Shown one piece after another: positions 10,350 through 20,884 of a DNA stretch of 64,000 nt. The translations under genes and the position numbers were made by a program. The stretch is from Limnothrix sp. BL-A-16 (GTDB lineage Bacteria > Cyanobacteriota > Cyanobacteriia > CACIAM-69d): assembly GCA_041937175.2 (NCBI GenBank), contig CP166615.1, positions 2,720,001 through 2,784,000 on the forward strand, written 5' to 3'. The notes below the pieces were generated by a model. That model searched no databases, had not been told where the DNA came from, and was given only the letters and a program-made list of their open reading frames with translations. The stretch's first letter is position 1; the number at the start of each line of letters is the position of its first letter.

Positions 10350-11387
10350 TCAATGGATGGTAATGGGGCTTCCCTTTTGCTGCATCGACAGACATGCTGC
10401 TTCGAGAATTTTGACAGCCTTTAATCCCTCTTCTCCAGCAGTTTTGGGCTTTTGTTGATAGTTTATGCAGTTTAGCAAATGATCAATTTCGACATACAGA
10501 GCCTCAAATGGCTCCAGCTTCGGGGCCCACATATCTCCAGTCCTGTAACCAACTAATTGCTGATAGCGGTCAGCAGTACTGGAGTTTTCACTAACTGTAA
10601 TACCCCGATCGTACACCTTGACCTTTTCGCTTGGCTCTAGATCATTATAAATAATAGTCTTGTCACTTCCTCCCAGAATAGTTTGTCGTATCTTGACTGG
10701 AGCAAGCCAGCTTACGTGTATATGCGCAATGGTAGTGCCCGAGAAAAATAAGGTCATGTAGGCAGATGTTTCAGGACTACCTTTGATATGAGCCACCCCA
10801 GTTGCAGATACAGCCAGCGGCTTATCCGGTAGAATTGTATTTATGATGGCCAAGTCATGGACAGCTAGATCCCACAGAACATTGACATCAGGCTGAATGA
10901 TGCCCAAATTAACTCGAACCGAATCATAGTAGTACAAGTTCCCTAAATGACCATCAGCAACCAATTCGCTCATTTTAACAACAGCGCTTGTATACGCAAA
11001 CGTATGATCCACCATCAAGATCAGATTTCGTTTGTCAGCCTCTTCGATTAGGTGTAATACTTGCTGGCTAGTATTCGCAATTGGCTTTTCAACTAAAACG
11101 TGTTTGTTTGCTAGTAAAGCTTGTAAAGCCAATTCGTAGTGAGTAGACACAGGTGTCGCGATTGCAACTACATCAATCTCAGGTGATTTCAAGATGTCTC
11201 TGTAGTTGAGAGTAGTTTTGATATTAGGGTAGTAGTCCACCACAGACATTAAACGTTCAGAGTTCAGGTCGCTGACCGCAATCACCTTAGACTGTGGATG
11301 GTTATGGAAATTACGAACTAAATTGGGGCCCCAATAGCCATATCCAATAACTCCAACTCCAATTTGACCTACTGAATTTTTAGGCAT
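10350..11387 (-). CDS. Gfo/Idh/MocA oxidoreductase (WbpB/WlbA-like sugar 3-dehydrogenase)
   Basis: GVIGYGYWGPNLVRNF, HVLVEKP, WDLAVHD. Confidence 0.9.
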   Translation of the reverse strand: MPKNSVGQIGVGVIGYGYWGPNLVRNFHNHPQSKVIAVSDLNSERLMSVVDYYPNIKTTLNYRDILKSPEIDVVAIATPVSTHYELALQALLANKHVLVEKPIANTSQQVLHLIEEADKRNLILMVDHTFAYTSAVVKMSELVADGHLGNLYYYDSVRVNLGIIQPDVNVLWDLAVHDLAIINTILPDKPLAVSATGVAHIKGSPETSAYMTLFFSGTTIAHIHVSWLAPVKIRQTILGGSDKTIIYNDLEPSEKVKVYDRGITVSENSSTADRYQQLVGYRTGDMWAPKLEPFEALYVEIDHLLNCINYQQKPKTAGEEGLKAVKILEAACLSMQQKGSPITIH

Positions 11388-11395
11388 CTTTAAAC

Positions 11396-11875
11396 TTAAA
11401 CTCCCTTTTCTCTAACATCCCCGATGATCACAGATGGTACCCCGGCGACAATGGCATAAGGTGGAACATCTTTGATCACAACAGACCCTGCACCAACAAT
11501 TGCATGCTCCCCTATTACCGCTCCACATCGAATAGTCGCGTTACTGCCAATAGAGGCTCCATGCTTAACAATTGTTTCAACAAGATTCCAATCTTCATCT
11601 GTTTTGAGACTTCCATTGACCGTAGCGCGGGGGTATAGGTCGTTAGTAAACATGACTCCATGTCCTATCAGCACCTCATCTTCGATAATCACACCTTCAC
11701 ATATAAAGGAGTGAGAAGATATCTTACAGCACTGGCCAATTCTGACTCCTTTTTGTATCTCAACAAAAGCTCCTATTTTTGTCTTTGATCCGACTATACA
11801 TCCGTAAAGATTGACCAAATTCGGATGGTATATTAATACGCCGGTATTCAAGATTACGTCTGATGCCACGGGCAT
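11396..11875 (-). CDS. N-acetyltransferase, hexapeptide repeat (WbpD/WlbB-like)
   Basis: VNLYGC...IGAFVEIQK...ISSHSFICEGV...VMFTNDLYPRA. Confidence 0.9.
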   Translation of the reverse strand: MPVASDVILNTGVLIYHPNLVNLYGCIVGSKTKIGAFVEIQKGVRIGQCCKISSHSFICEGVIIEDEVLIGHGVMFTNDLYPRATVNGSLKTDEDWNLVETIVKHGASIGSNATIRCGAVIGEHAIVGAGSVVIKDVPPYAIVAGVPSVIIGDVREKGV

Positions 11876-12217
11876 GATAAAAAACCTTTAGACACTAGAT
11901 AGTAGTTTTGGAATATTAGCAGAATTTCGCATGAAAGTGTTAAGAACTAAACGAGCAGGGGCTAAATTGTGGATCGAGTCTATAGCGAAGCAAGACGAGA
12001 TAGATCTTGGACTCAAAAGAATTGTACAGCGCGCGGAAATAGGCTGTCAAAAATTGTACTGTCGAATATTTTGTCGTTAGGCAGTCCCTGTGAAGTGACG
12101 ATTCTCTAGCACAAGACCGTTTACCTAGAAGCGTATATCGCCACTAAAAAAACGGTAAACCGTACTATTTATCATTATATTAATTTCACGTGAGGCAAGA
12201 AGCCTGTATGACTAGGT

Positions 12218-14125
12218 TTACCTATGGACACCGTGAGGCAGCTCCACAGACATTGCAGTCAATGAGGTCAAAAGATCACCAATGTCTACCACGATGTCTT
12301 CTAGATCATTAAAAGGATAAGTACCGCCACTGGCTAAGTAATCAGATACTGAGCAACCAATCAAGTATTGATATATAAGACCACATTGATTAGCCAATGC
12401 CCAGTAATACTGTTGTCTGTACCTATGGGGGAAAATTTCTAAAACTTTCGTACCTGGCTGACAGAATACCAGATTTGTTAGCCCAGCGCCATGGGGGGCA
12501 ACTACAACTTCTGCGCCAGCAAGCAGGTTAGCTTGCTGATATACTGACAACTTACTAAGTGAAATGCTAACAAATCCGAGCTTCTTCAAAAATTCTTGTA
12601 CCTGTTCATCATTTAAAACCCTTCTGTATCGGGCTTCTGAACGGCTCAAATATAGATACTTGGGTAGGCTGCTTTTGATCTCTTCCGGATCTTCGTTTCT
12701 TAAGAAGAGAGATTTGATCAAGGCACACGTCGCCTTGTCAAACACTGGCCAGTGTTTTAGTGGTGATGGTACTATTAATCGATCTGCTTGTAGATGAGTT
12801 CCTGTTGAATTTTGAATAATCTTTGACTCTGGAATTCTCAATGCAGCAATTGTTTCAGCCTGGAAGTTAGACTGTATAGGATCAAGAAGAAAAGCATCAA
12901 AGCTATCCCAACCTGAACCAAATTGATTTAGTAGCCCTGCTCGGGCTACAAAATCAAACATCCAATGGCAGTAATTATTGGAGTAGCGAATTGATAAAAC
13001 TGCTAGTGTGCCAGCAAATTTCTGTTTTTCTGGCAGGTAATTAGAGGACGCAACCAATCCTGAATTGCCATAAGAAAGGTCTTCAATCAATTCTTGCGAT
13101 GAGGACAGAACTGCAGTCGTGCTTGGATCAGACCAAACAGTTCCCTGATCTACGAAAGCAATTCCTTGGGCAGCATACTCCCAAACCCCGCCAACCATTG
13201 AATGAAAGTATTGAGGCTTGATGCTTTGCGCCGGAGGCGCATAAATCTTTTGCTGATTTGAGCAAGTGTAGAAAACGACATTCTGCGGTTGCTTTTCAAG
13301 AAATGTCAGTACGATTTTTTTTGCATCGACAGCAAATTCAAATATTACATGAAGCGGTATCATACCCACAGAGCAACTGGCCGCATCTTCCTCTCGACCA
13401 AGCTTTTCAAGAGCTGTTCGAAGAAAATCAAATAATCCTGGCAAACTGGGCTGATGCTGTAGGCAGAATATTGCTAGGCTGATGGCGTGACTATAGTCTT
13501 TTTGGTCGATAAGTTTATTGATTGCTGCGTAGCAAATATTGGCTGCACTTAGGTGGTGAGGACTCCGTCGAATAGTTTCTAGGGCGTAGCTTAAGGATAG
13601 TTCGGCGTAGCCCTTCTTGCATAAATCAAGAAGATCATAAGAAATCAGAGGGCAATTCCAAGAGGTTTTGAGAGCTTTTGTATGATGCCGAATTGATTTA
13701 GTGAAATCTCCTTGGCTGTATAATAAGTTTCCCAAGCCCCAGTGCGTAGAAGTACAATCTGCTCGTTTTTCCAACGCTTGATGGTATGCTTCAATAGCCT
13801 GATCTAAAAGACCTAGCTCATGATAAAAGGTCGCAAGCAAGTAGTAATTGTCTCCATTTTGGGAATCTAAGAAGATTGCTTTTTTATATGAAGACTCCGC
13901 TAGCTTGGGATGAGACCCCCATACTTGGTATGCAAGCCCCAAAAGTTGATAGGCTTTTGGCGATTGAGGATGTAAATTTATAGCCTGCCTACAAAACTCT
14001 ACTGCTTCGGACGGGCAACCCTTATCCAAGAAAATCTGGGCCAGCTTTAGACAATCTTCTATTGACAAGGAATTGTAGAAAAAAAAGTTTCGGGGTAAAG
14101 CTGTCTCCATATATTGACTATTCAC
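12218..14125 (-). CDS. TPR-containing glycosyltransferase family 61 (DUF563) protein
   Basis: N-terminal TPR helices; NYCHWMFD, YLSRSEARYRRVLN and VVAPHGAGLTNLVFC GT61 motifs. GTG start, so the start position is uncertain. Confidence 0.85.
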   Translation of the reverse strand: MNSQYMETALPRNFFFYNSLSIEDCLKLAQIFLDKGCPSEAVEFCRQAINLHPQSPKAYQLLGLAYQVWGSHPKLAESSYKKAIFLDSQNGDNYYLLATFYHELGLLDQAIEAYHQALEKRADCTSTHWGLGNLLYSQGDFTKSIRHHTKALKTSWNCPLISYDLLDLCKKGYAELSLSYALETIRRSPHHLSAANICYAAINKLIDQKDYSHAISLAIFCLQHQPSLPGLFDFLRTALEKLGREEDAASCSVGMIPLHVIFEFAVDAKKIVLTFLEKQPQNVVFYTCSNQQKIYAPPAQSIKPQYFHSMVGGVWEYAAQGIAFVDQGTVWSDPSTTAVLSSSQELIEDLSYGNSGLVASSNYLPEKQKFAGTLAVLSIRYSNNYCHWMFDFVARAGLLNQFGSGWDSFDAFLLDPIQSNFQAETIAALRIPESKIIQNSTGTHLQADRLIVPSPLKHWPVFDKATCALIKSLFLRNEDPEEIKSSLPKYLYLSRSEARYRRVLNDEQVQEFLKKLGFVSISLSKLSVYQQANLLAGAEVVVAPHGAGLTNLVFCQPGTKVLEIFPHRYRQQYYWALANQCGLIYQYLIGCSVSDYLASGGTYPFNDLEDIVVDIGDLLTSLTAMSVELPHGVHR

Positions 14126-14481
14126 AAATTTTGAAAGATTAAAGTTTGCAACAGTTCAGGTCTCTTTACGGTTCGGGTTTCTTTTAAAATCGGAAGCATT
14201 GGAACTCGCAGCCTATATTACTAATTTATTTGTGTGCCAGCAACTTATTTTAACAAGAAGCATTTTGTACTTGTATAGAAAGGCTTTTAATTTACCTGAG
14301 GAGTAGCTATAAAGCGTCAATAACTGAACTGACGGGGTACGAAGTAAGCAGTAACTGTGCAGTGATGAGGTATCTCTATACTGCTTTACCACTGACTTTT
14401 TCTGCATTTGAGTGGGAGATAGATAAAGTTTAGGCGGTTATCGGTGATCGCAAAGTTGGCGGGGGGGCGTAGCATGGAAGG

Positions 14482-15546
14482 GTGAGTGTTTTTCCTTCGC
14501 CGCTGGTTTCATTGCAGTCGGGGTGCTGGTTCAAGCTGATTTGTGGCGCGAGTTTCCAGCATTTGCCGGCCATCCGGACTCTGGCCCTGGTCTATGGGCT
14601 AGCGGGGGCTGACTGTGTGGATGTGGCTGCTGATCCGGCGGTGATTGCGGCAGCACGATCGGGCTTGGAGGTTGTCCAGTCTCGATCGGGTCGATCGCCC
14701 TGGCTAATGGTCAGCCTGAACGACGGTGAAGACCCCCACTTTCGCAAAGCCCAGTTTAACCCAACTCAGTGCCCTCGTGATTGCTCTCGGCCCTGCGAGC
14801 GGGTTTGTCCGACGGGGGCGATCGACCTGGGCGGCGTAACTGAAAGCCTTTGCTATGGTTGCGGCCGCTGTTTAAATATTTGCCCGCTGGATTTGATTGG
14901 GGCGCGATCCTATGTGTCCACCCCCAGCGCGATCGCCTCGCTGGTGTTGCCCCTGGGCGTGGAGGCGATCGAGATCCATACGGTCTCGGGTCGCTATGAT
15001 GATTTTGCGCGGCTGTGGCGATCGGTGGAACCCCACCTCGATCGGTTGCAGTTGGTGGCGGTCAGTTGTCCCGATGGCCCGGATTTGGCAGATTACTTGC
15101 GATCGCTCTACGACCTGATGGCTCCCGGCTTGCGAGCGGCCGGTTGCGCCCTGATTTGGCAAACGGACGGGCGGCCCATGAGTGGCGACATTGGCGCAGG
15201 GGCCACGCGAGCGGCGATCGCCCTGGGTCAGAAGGTTTTGCAATTGCGGCTTCCCGGCTTTGTGCAGTTGGCCGGCGGCACGAACGATCGCACCGTGCCC
15301 AAGCTACGAGATTTAGATCTGTTGGGGCCCAATCGCCTGGCCGGGGTGGCCTATGGCAGCTATGCCCGATCGCGCCTGAAACCCGTGACCGATCGGCTAG
15401 AGGCCCTGGAATTGGCAGCGGGCCAAGCCGTGCCGATCGAAACCCAACCGGAATTACTGGCCGAAGCGTTAGCCCTGGCGAAACCATTGTTTGCTCCGCT
15501 CAAAGCTCCCCATGCTTCAATCCCGCTGGCAGCGTTACCGCCTTAG
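14482..15546 (+). CDS. ldpA: Circadian input Fe-S protein LdpA
   Basis: WFKLICGASFQHLP, DGEDPHFRKA, Fe-S motifs CPRDCSRPCERVCP and CYGCGRCLNICP, DGRPMSGDIG. Confidence 0.9.
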   Translation: MSVFPSPLVSLQSGCWFKLICGASFQHLPAIRTLALVYGLAGADCVDVAADPAVIAAARSGLEVVQSRSGRSPWLMVSLNDGEDPHFRKAQFNPTQCPRDCSRPCERVCPTGAIDLGGVTESLCYGCGRCLNICPLDLIGARSYVSTPSAIASLVLPLGVEAIEIHTVSGRYDDFARLWRSVEPHLDRLQLVAVSCPDGPDLADYLRSLYDLMAPGLRAAGCALIWQTDGRPMSGDIGAGATRAAIALGQKVLQLRLPGFVQLAGGTNDRTVPKLRDLDLLGPNRLAGVAYGSYARSRLKPVTDRLEALELAAGQAVPIETQPELLAEALALAKPLFAPLKAPHASIPLAALPP

Positions 15547-15620
15547 CCTGTGGCTAGGTTTGTAGCGTTGCCTTGCTCCGAGTCCAACTTGCCGCGCCCT
15601 CTTGCTGTTAATTAGCTCTT

Positions 15621-17504
15621 ATGGTGATGTTTCCCGATACTGGCGATCGTCCCGTGACTTTGCAAACCGCCCAACAAGTTAAGGAAGGAACTGACTTGGC
15701 AGCAATGGCTGATTCCGCTGGCGCACCGGCTGCGGGCCGAGAGGCGATCGATCTGGGTCGCACTCGCAGCACCGATGATCTGAGCCAACTCCTGGGCATT
15801 TTGCCGCCCCACCTGCGGAAAGTTTTAGAACATCATGCGGATTTAAATCAGTTGGTGGAAGTGGTGATGGACTTTGGGCGGTTGCCCGAGGCCCGCTTCC
15901 CTGGCGCGCGGACTGAAAATTTGAGCGATAACCCCGTCACCCGTGATGATTTGGACTATGCGGTGGCGCGGGTCGGTCACTTTGGCGGCGACAACCGGGC
16001 GGGCATCGAACAAACCCTGCACCGGATCAGCGCCATCCGCAATCGTCGGGGCGATGTGATTGGTCTGACCTGTCGGGTGGGGCGGGCCGTGTTCGGGACG
16101 ATCGCCACGATTCGCGATTTGGTGGAAAGTGGCAAGTCGATTTTGATGTTGGGGCGGCCCGGCGTGGGCAAAACCACGGCCCTGCGGGAAATTGCCCGCG
16201 TGTTGGCCGATGAGTTGCAAAAGCGGGTGGTGATTATCGACACCTCCAACGAAATTGCGGGCGATGGGGATGTGCCCCACCCGGCGATCGGGCGGGCCCG
16301 GCGGATGCAGGTGGCCGAACCGGAATTGCAGCACAAGGTGATGATCGAGGCGGTGGAAAACCACATGCCGCAAGTCATTGTGATCGACGAAATCGGCACG
16401 GAGCTAGAAGCCCTCGCGGCCCGGACGATCGCCGAACGCGGTGTGCAACTGGTGGGCACGGCCCACGGCAACCAGTTGGCCAACTTAATCAAAAACCCGA
16501 CTCTCTCGGATTTGGTCGGCGGCATCCAGTCCGTGACCTTGGGTGACGAAGAGGCCCGGCGGCGCGGCTCCCAAAAAACTGTCTTGGAACGCAAGGCCCC
16601 GCCGACCTTTGAGGTGGCCGTGGAAATGCAGGAGCGCAGCCGTTGGGTGGTACATGAGGACGTGGCCACCACGGTCGATTCCCTGTTGCGCGGGCGGATT
16701 CCCGAGCGGCAGGTGCGCACGATCAGCGACACGGGCAAGGTGACCATTACCCACGAGCTGCCGGAGGCGGAAACGACGGGCCCCGATCGCTCCCTGGCCC
16801 CGGTCGGGCGCAATGGGGGCCCCAGCAAGGGTGATCGGGGCTGGCGATCGAGCGGGCAAATGACCCCGGTGCCGCCCAGTCGCCGGGCCGTCGTGCCCCT
16901 GGGAGCCGCCACGCCCCACGAGGAATTCGCCCAACTGCTCGATCGCCAGGACTACAGCCCCCGGGCGATCGACGAGACCGACGACCTGAAGCAAAACGGC
17001 TATCTCTATGTCTATCCCTACGCCGTCAGCCGCCACCAGTTGGAGCAGGCGATTCGGTTGCTAAGTTTGCCGGTGATTTTGACCAAGGAACTGGACACGG
17101 CCGATGCGGTGCTGGCCCTGCGCACCCACTTGAAAAATCACACCAAGTTGCGACACCTAGCCAAAACCCGCCAACTGCCGATCTATATCCTGAAGTCCAA
17201 CAGTACGGCCCACATTGCCCGCACCCTGCGCCGGATCCTGAAGCTGGACGATGAGGGCGGCGAGGTGGAACCGGTAGATCTGCGGTTGTTTGCGGACAAT
17301 GCCAGCGATGACGAGCTGGAAGCCCTCGAAGAAGCGCGGCTGGCGGTGGAAAACATCGTGATTCCCAAGGGGCAGCCGGTGGAACTGTTGCCGCGATCGG
17401 CCCATGTGCGCAAAATGCAGCACGAGCTAATCGAGCATTACAAACTCACCTCCACCAGCTTTGGCGAAGAACCCAACCGCCGCCTGCGGATCTTCCCGGC
17501 TTAG
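15621..17504 (+). CDS. Ycf45-like AAA ATPase with C-terminal R3H domain
   Basis: DNRAGIEQTLHRISAIRNR, Walker A GRPGVGKT, IVIDEIG, C-terminal LLPRSAHVRKMQHELI. Confidence 0.88.
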   Translation: MVMFPDTGDRPVTLQTAQQVKEGTDLAAMADSAGAPAAGREAIDLGRTRSTDDLSQLLGILPPHLRKVLEHHADLNQLVEVVMDFGRLPEARFPGARTENLSDNPVTRDDLDYAVARVGHFGGDNRAGIEQTLHRISAIRNRRGDVIGLTCRVGRAVFGTIATIRDLVESGKSILMLGRPGVGKTTALREIARVLADELQKRVVIIDTSNEIAGDGDVPHPAIGRARRMQVAEPELQHKVMIEAVENHMPQVIVIDEIGTELEALAARTIAERGVQLVGTAHGNQLANLIKNPTLSDLVGGIQSVTLGDEEARRRGSQKTVLERKAPPTFEVAVEMQERSRWVVHEDVATTVDSLLRGRIPERQVRTISDTGKVTITHELPEAETTGPDRSLAPVGRNGGPSKGDRGWRSSGQMTPVPPSRRAVVPLGAATPHEEFAQLLDRQDYSPRAIDETDDLKQNGYLYVYPYAVSRHQLEQAIRLLSLPVILTKELDTADAVLALRTHLKNHTKLRHLAKTRQLPIYILKSNSTAHIARTLRRILKLDDEGGEVEPVDLRLFADNASDDELEALEEARLAVENIVIPKGQPVELLPRSAHVRKMQHELIEHYKLTSTSFGEEPNRRLRIFPA

Positions 17505-17763
17505 GACAGGCGGTCAAATCGCCCAAAACCCTGATTCCATCGTCACGCAATCGCGAGGAACCAAGGAGCAACAGGCGATCATCACAGAAGATCATCACAG
17601 ACAAGGGGCTTAAGCCCCTTGTTACAGCAATTGGGGCTTGTTACAGCAATGGGGGCGAGGATTGATCATCAGTCTCCTCGGCAACTCAGGCCCCGGTAAG
17701 TTGGTCCCCGAAAATTCAAACCGGCCTCAAAAAAACACAAAAAACAAGTCGAGTGTTTCACCT

Positions 17764-18516
17764 ATGGCTCTCTCTCGTCGTGCGCTAATTCGGCAATCCT
17801 TGGCTGCGGCTGCGGGCTTCACCCTGGCTGATTGGCTGCTGTGGGGACAAGATCGGGCGATCGCCGCCCCGATCGCCCAAACCACCCCGACCGTACCCGA
17901 AATTTTCAAAGTACCGCCCTTGCCCTACGCCTACGACGCGCTGCAACCGACCATCGATCGGGAAACGATGGAGTTTCACCACGACAAGCACCACGCCGCC
18001 TATGTCAAAAACTTGAACACCGCGATCGCGCCTTACCCCGAGCTGCACAAGCGCTCGATCAAAGATCTGATCAGCAATCTCGACGCGCTGCCCGCCAACA
18101 TTCGCGCCGCCGTTCGCAACAATGGCGGCGGTCACGACAACCACAGCCTATTTTGGGAAAGCATGGGCCCCAACGCGGGCGGCCAACCCACCGGGGCGAT
18201 CGCCCGGGCCATTACAGACACCTTTGGCAGCTTTGAAGCCATGCAAACCGCATTCAACCAGGCGGGAGCCAAGCGCTTTGGCAGTGGCTGGGCTTGGCTA
18301 GTGCTCGATCGCCAAGGAAAACTGGCCATCACCAGCACCGCCAACCAGGACAGCCCGCGCATGGAAGGCCAAATTCCCCTGCTCGGCAATGATGTTTGGG
18401 AACATGCCTACTACTTGAACTATCGCAACCGGCGCGATCAGTATCTCCAGCAGTGGTGGAATGTGGTGAACTGGCCGGTGATTAACCAGCGCTACGAAGC
18501 CGCTCAAGCCGCTTAA
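17764..18516 (+). CDS. sodA: Superoxide dismutase, probably Mn type, with twin-arginine leader
   Basis: [19 protein letters not shown] and DVWEHAYY; leader [18 protein letters not shown] at 17764 preferred over the upstream TTG. Confidence 0.88.
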   Translation: MALSRRALIRQSLAAAAGFTLADWLLWGQDRAIAAPIAQTTPTVPEIFKVPPLPYAYDALQPTIDRETMEFHHDKHHAAYVKNLNTAIAPYPELHKRSIKDLISNLDALPANIRAAVRNNGGGHDNHSLFWESMGPNAGGQPTGAIARAITDTFGSFEAMQTAFNQAGAKRFGSGWAWLVLDRQGKLAITSTANQDSPRMEGQIPLLGNDVWEHAYYLNYRNRRDQYLQQWWNVVNWPVINQRYEAAQAA

Positions 18517-18760
18517 AACTCACAGATCGCGGCGCATTGATTTTCCATGTCCTAGTCGTCGCAACAAGGGCATGGAAGATCAACTGTTTCAGCATCATCT
18601 CGAAATAATGACGACAGGCCCTAAGCCCCTTGTTACGACCATTAGGGCACGGAAAATCAACCGTTTCAGCCTCACCTCGAAAAATGACGACACCCCCTAG
18701 GCCCCTTGTCCCCTGAGATTTGGCACAGTTTCTGGGGATTTGAGGCCCCAAACTCGATGC

Positions 18761-19249
18761 CTAAAACACCTCTAGGTTTAAGACATAGCGACCCAAAGGC
18801 AAATTCTGGGCCCAAAGCTCATATTCCAAACGCACCCAATCGGGAACCGGCCGGCCCGACAGGGTGAGGCTGCGGGTGAAGTTGCGGAGGCGAATTTGTT
18901 CGTAGCCCTGATCTGTGGCTTCCTGGAGCCAATAGCGACTGATGCCATAGACCCCCCGTTCCCACAGGTGGCGGTAATGGAAACCGCTGGCGCTTTGCAT
19001 GGTTAACACAGCCCGCTGAGGGGAAAGTTCCAACCACAGGCTGCGATCGCCCTGGGGTTCCGCATTGGCCGCATAACCGGGCATCAGCACCGGCTCGATC
19101 GCCTTTACTGCCGGTTCCGCGAGCAGAATATGGAAGCGATCGCGCTCGTTTTCGTAAATCGTGGCGGAAGTTTCGATCGAGGCGGCCGTTGGTAAATCTA
19201 ACGACAACAGCGACAGGCTAATCGGACGGCGGTGACGAATCGGCGACAT
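18761..19249 (-). CDS. Hypothetical protein (~162 aa)
   Basis: Protein-like ORF divergent from aroA; ATG at 19249 (MSPIRHRR). Confidence 0.7.
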   Translation of the reverse strand: MSPIRHRRPISLSLLSLDLPTAASIETSATIYENERDRFHILLAEPAVKAIEPVLMPGYAANAEPQGDRSLWLELSPQRAVLTMQSASGFHYRHLWERGVYGISRYWLQEATDQGYEQIRLRNFTRSLTLSGRPVPDWVRLEYELWAQNLPLGRYVLNLEVF

Positions 19250-19439
19250 AGGTTGCGGCCTTGTTGGCTCAGGAGAAGCATCACGCGCAAAACCCGGAAA
19301 GCGATAGGATTGTCGGGCGAGCCTGGGCGATGGGTTTGCCAAGCCCCTAGGGCCCGGTAAGCCAATTACTGCCGAGGGCAATTTTGCCTGCGGCCATTCT
19401 CCCGGCGCGATCGCGAGTCCGAACCCTGTCGATCTTCCG

Positions 19440-20789
19440 ATGCTTCACCCGATCGTAACATCCGAATTTGTAAACGCCCGCCAACGGCTGATCCTTTCTC
19501 CCACCGCCGAGGGCTGCCCCCTCGTGGGTCGCGTGCGGATCCCCGGCGACAAGTCCATTTCCCACCGGGCCCTGATGCTAGGGGCCTTGGCGGAAGGGGA
19601 AACAACCATTGAGGGCTTGTTGTTAGGCGAAGATCCCCGCAGTACCGCCGCTTGCTTCCGAGCCTTGGGAGCCGAAATCAGCGATCTGAACACCGATCGG
19701 GTGACCGTGCGCGGCATTGGCATCGGCAATCTTCAGGAGCCGATCAGGGTGTTGGATGCGGGCAACTCGGGCACAACCCTGCGGCTGATGTTAGGCATTT
19801 TGGCTTCCCATCCTGATCGTTTTTTTACCATTACGGGCGATGACTCCCTGCGATCGCGGCCCATGGGTCGGGTCGTGAAGCCCCTGACCATGATGGGGGC
19901 ACAAATTTGGGGCCGTCGTGACAACACCCTCGCGCCCCTGGCCGTGCGGGGCCAATCCCTAAAACCCATTCATTACCAATCCCCGATCGCCTCGGCCCAA
20001 GTAAAATCCTGCATTCTGCTGGCGGGGTTGATGACCGAAGGACAAACCACCGTCAGTGAACCGGCTCTGTCACGTGACCACAGTGAGCGGATGTTGCGGG
20101 CGTTTGGGGCGGAAGTGATCGTGGATCCGGAGACCATTAGCGCCACGGTAGTTGGCCCGGCCAAGCTCCAGGGCCAACGGGTGATCGTACCTGGGGATAT
20201 CAGTTCAGCGGCCTTTTGGTTGGTGGCGGCGGCGATCGTGCCTGGCTCTGACCTGACGATCGAGAACGTGGGCATTAACCCCACGCGCACCGGTATTTTG
20301 GACGTGCTGCACCAGATGGGAGCCAACATCACCCTCGAAAACGAGCGGGATGCAGCGGGCGAACCGGTGGCAGATTTGCGGGTGCGCTATGGGCCCCTCA
20401 CCGGTTGCGAAATTGGCGGGGCCCGGATTCCTCGGTTGGTGGACGAAATTCCCATTTTGGCCGTGGCGGCAACCGTGGCCCAGGGCAAAACCGTGATTCG
20501 CGATGCGGAAGAGTTACGAGTGAAGGAGAGCGATCGCCTGGCGGTGATGGCGGCGGCCCTGCAAAAAATGGGGGCCCAGGTGACGGAGCAGCCGGATGGG
20601 CTGGAAATTACTGGCCCGGTGCAACTGCGGGGGGCCGATGTGGACAGCCACACGGATCATCGAATTGCCATGAGCCTGGCGATCGCGGCGTTGGTGGCCC
20701 AAGGAACCACCACCATCGATCGGGCAGAGGCGGCAGCCATTTCCTACCCGGACTTTGTGCCCACCCTGGAGCGGCTCACCCAAGGTTAA
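19440..20789 (+). CDS. aroA: 3-phosphoshikimate 1-carboxyvinyltransferase (EPSP synthase)
   Basis: [40 protein letters not shown]. Confidence 0.97.
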   Translation: MLHPIVTSEFVNARQRLILSPTAEGCPLVGRVRIPGDKSISHRALMLGALAEGETTIEGLLLGEDPRSTAACFRALGAEISDLNTDRVTVRGIGIGNLQEPIRVLDAGNSGTTLRLMLGILASHPDRFFTITGDDSLRSRPMGRVVKPLTMMGAQIWGRRDNTLAPLAVRGQSLKPIHYQSPIASAQVKSCILLAGLMTEGQTTVSEPALSRDHSERMLRAFGAEVIVDPETISATVVGPAKLQGQRVIVPGDISSAAFWLVAAAIVPGSDLTIENVGINPTRTGILDVLHQMGANITLENERDAAGEPVADLRVRYGPLTGCEIGGARIPRLVDEIPILAVAATVAQGKTVIRDAEELRVKESDRLAVMAAALQKMGAQVTEQPDGLEITGPVQLRGADVDSHTDHRIAMSLAIAALVAQGTTTIDRAEAAAISYPDFVPTLERLTQG

Positions 20790-20884
20790 TCGGCCTTCAA
20801 GTGGATCGAACCGATCGATCGGGCGGGTGAGCCAGTTATGGTGAGCCAGTGATATTGATCGAGCAGATTAATCAGGCAAATTAA

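Larger units (their letters stand above)
1050..14440. other. Low-GC, HIP1-depleted glycan biosynthesis island
   Basis: Visibly AT-rich compared with its flanks; no GCGATCGC seen by eye, whereas the flanks have many; all genes on the minus strand. Boundaries are approximate. Confidence 0.8.
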
